DNA of 61,845 nt, the filler included, from Rhabdomonas costata (taxonomy: Eukaryota), in assembly GCA_019059605.1 (NCBI GenBank). It is 22 parts of 22 records of this genome, joined end to end, with 100 filler letters (N's around TTAATTAATTAA, not from the genome) between each part and the next. Parts side by side here need not be neighbours in the genome. Positions count along the whole stretch, not along the records: positions 59,131 to 61,845 come from JAHMHO010002278.1; 21 more parts are not named here. One strand, given 5' to 3'. Below are positions 61,197-61,845 of the stretch, one piece after another (the first letter of the stretch is position 1; every line of letters starts with the position of its first letter). A model generated the notes under the pieces. The model was given only the letters and a program-made list of their open reading frames with translations. It did no database searches and was not told where the DNA came from. Made by a program: the position numbers and the translations under genes.

Positions 61197-61845
61197 CTGC
61201 ACTTGAGAGAGTCTTTTCTGATTCCATCATTCCATTCTCACGTCCGTCCAACTTTTGCTTTTGTACCGTCACGTCACTGCGCCAAGCCGAAACCCGAAAA
61301 ACCATCCGCTAGACCACACTATGCCTATAGGAAGGCAGGAGCCTTATCACAGGAACAGATGCACCCCACCCGACACGACTGCATCAAGGGAGTGGGACGA
61401 AGTCCTCGGGTGAAGCAGCAGGACAAACATCATACAAGGAAGGGCTCGTCACAAAAGATCAAGCCTGGAATCCAGAGTGGAACATCGCAGCCCAGCGATG
61501 CCCAGATAATGTGCTGAAATTCGAAAAACGGGCCACCGGGGAGGAGGAGGAGTGGCCCCAAGACTCAAAACAGGACAGCAAAGGACATCCACTGTTACAC
61601 ATATACAGAAGCCCAAAAGTGGAGCACAAGAGCGGGACGAAACAAACCAGTGCCGCGCACGAGCACAGCGAGCTTCGTGTACGCACTACAGCAAAGCTGT
61701 ACACTGTAAGTCCGCAAAGAATGGATTCAAAGCCAGGCGAAAGAGCTCGGCAGGGGGGCGGGGTGAGGGTGTTTCGGAAGACCTGAGGAAGAAGATGAAG
61801 GCACGGTGAGGTCGACGCTCACTTTCTCAGGTCTTCCAAAAAACC

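Noticed and set aside
60590..61305. ORFs with LPYLT repeats as real proteins; GTAAG array as telomere or CRISPR
   Set aside because: They are translations of an intronic microsatellite. The unit is not TTAGG(G) and there are no spacers.

Overview
This is not one locus. It is 22 unrelated ~2.7-kb contigs joined by artificial ~100-nt spacers (N-run + TTAATTAATTAA + N-run), so adjacency across spacers has no biological meaning. The DNA is from an intron-rich eukaryotic protist. A euglenozoan (euglenid-like) origin is my inference from relaxed GTGTGY donors, trans-splice-like acceptors just before ATGs, and gene content. Most six-frame ORFs are spurious; the real genes are split by GT-AG introns. 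Recognisable, mostly partial genes: RAD16/RAD5-type RING-SNF2 helicase, SPX-VTC4 polyphosphate polymerase, LicD protein, a complete secreted Cu-only-type SOD, ABCB/P-glycoprotein, TMEM43, ankyrin protein, a frameshifted SETD6-like methyltransferase, IQ-motif protein, a divergent ATP-PEPCK, an H1-like/HMG-box protein, a TylF-like methyltransferase and a GT31 glycosyltransferase. There is also a decayed Ty3/gypsy pol. The most notable observations are: (i) a contig with an exact 127-nt terminal repeat whose cyclase-like gene reads across the junction (2590-bp tandem unit or circle); (ii) the Cu-only SOD; (iii) an intronic (CTTAC)42 array directly after a donor site that mimics the U1 snRNA 5' end; (iv) short dispersed repeats shared between contigs. 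No CRISPR, rRNA or tRNA genes were found, and I found no clearly new multi-gene system.
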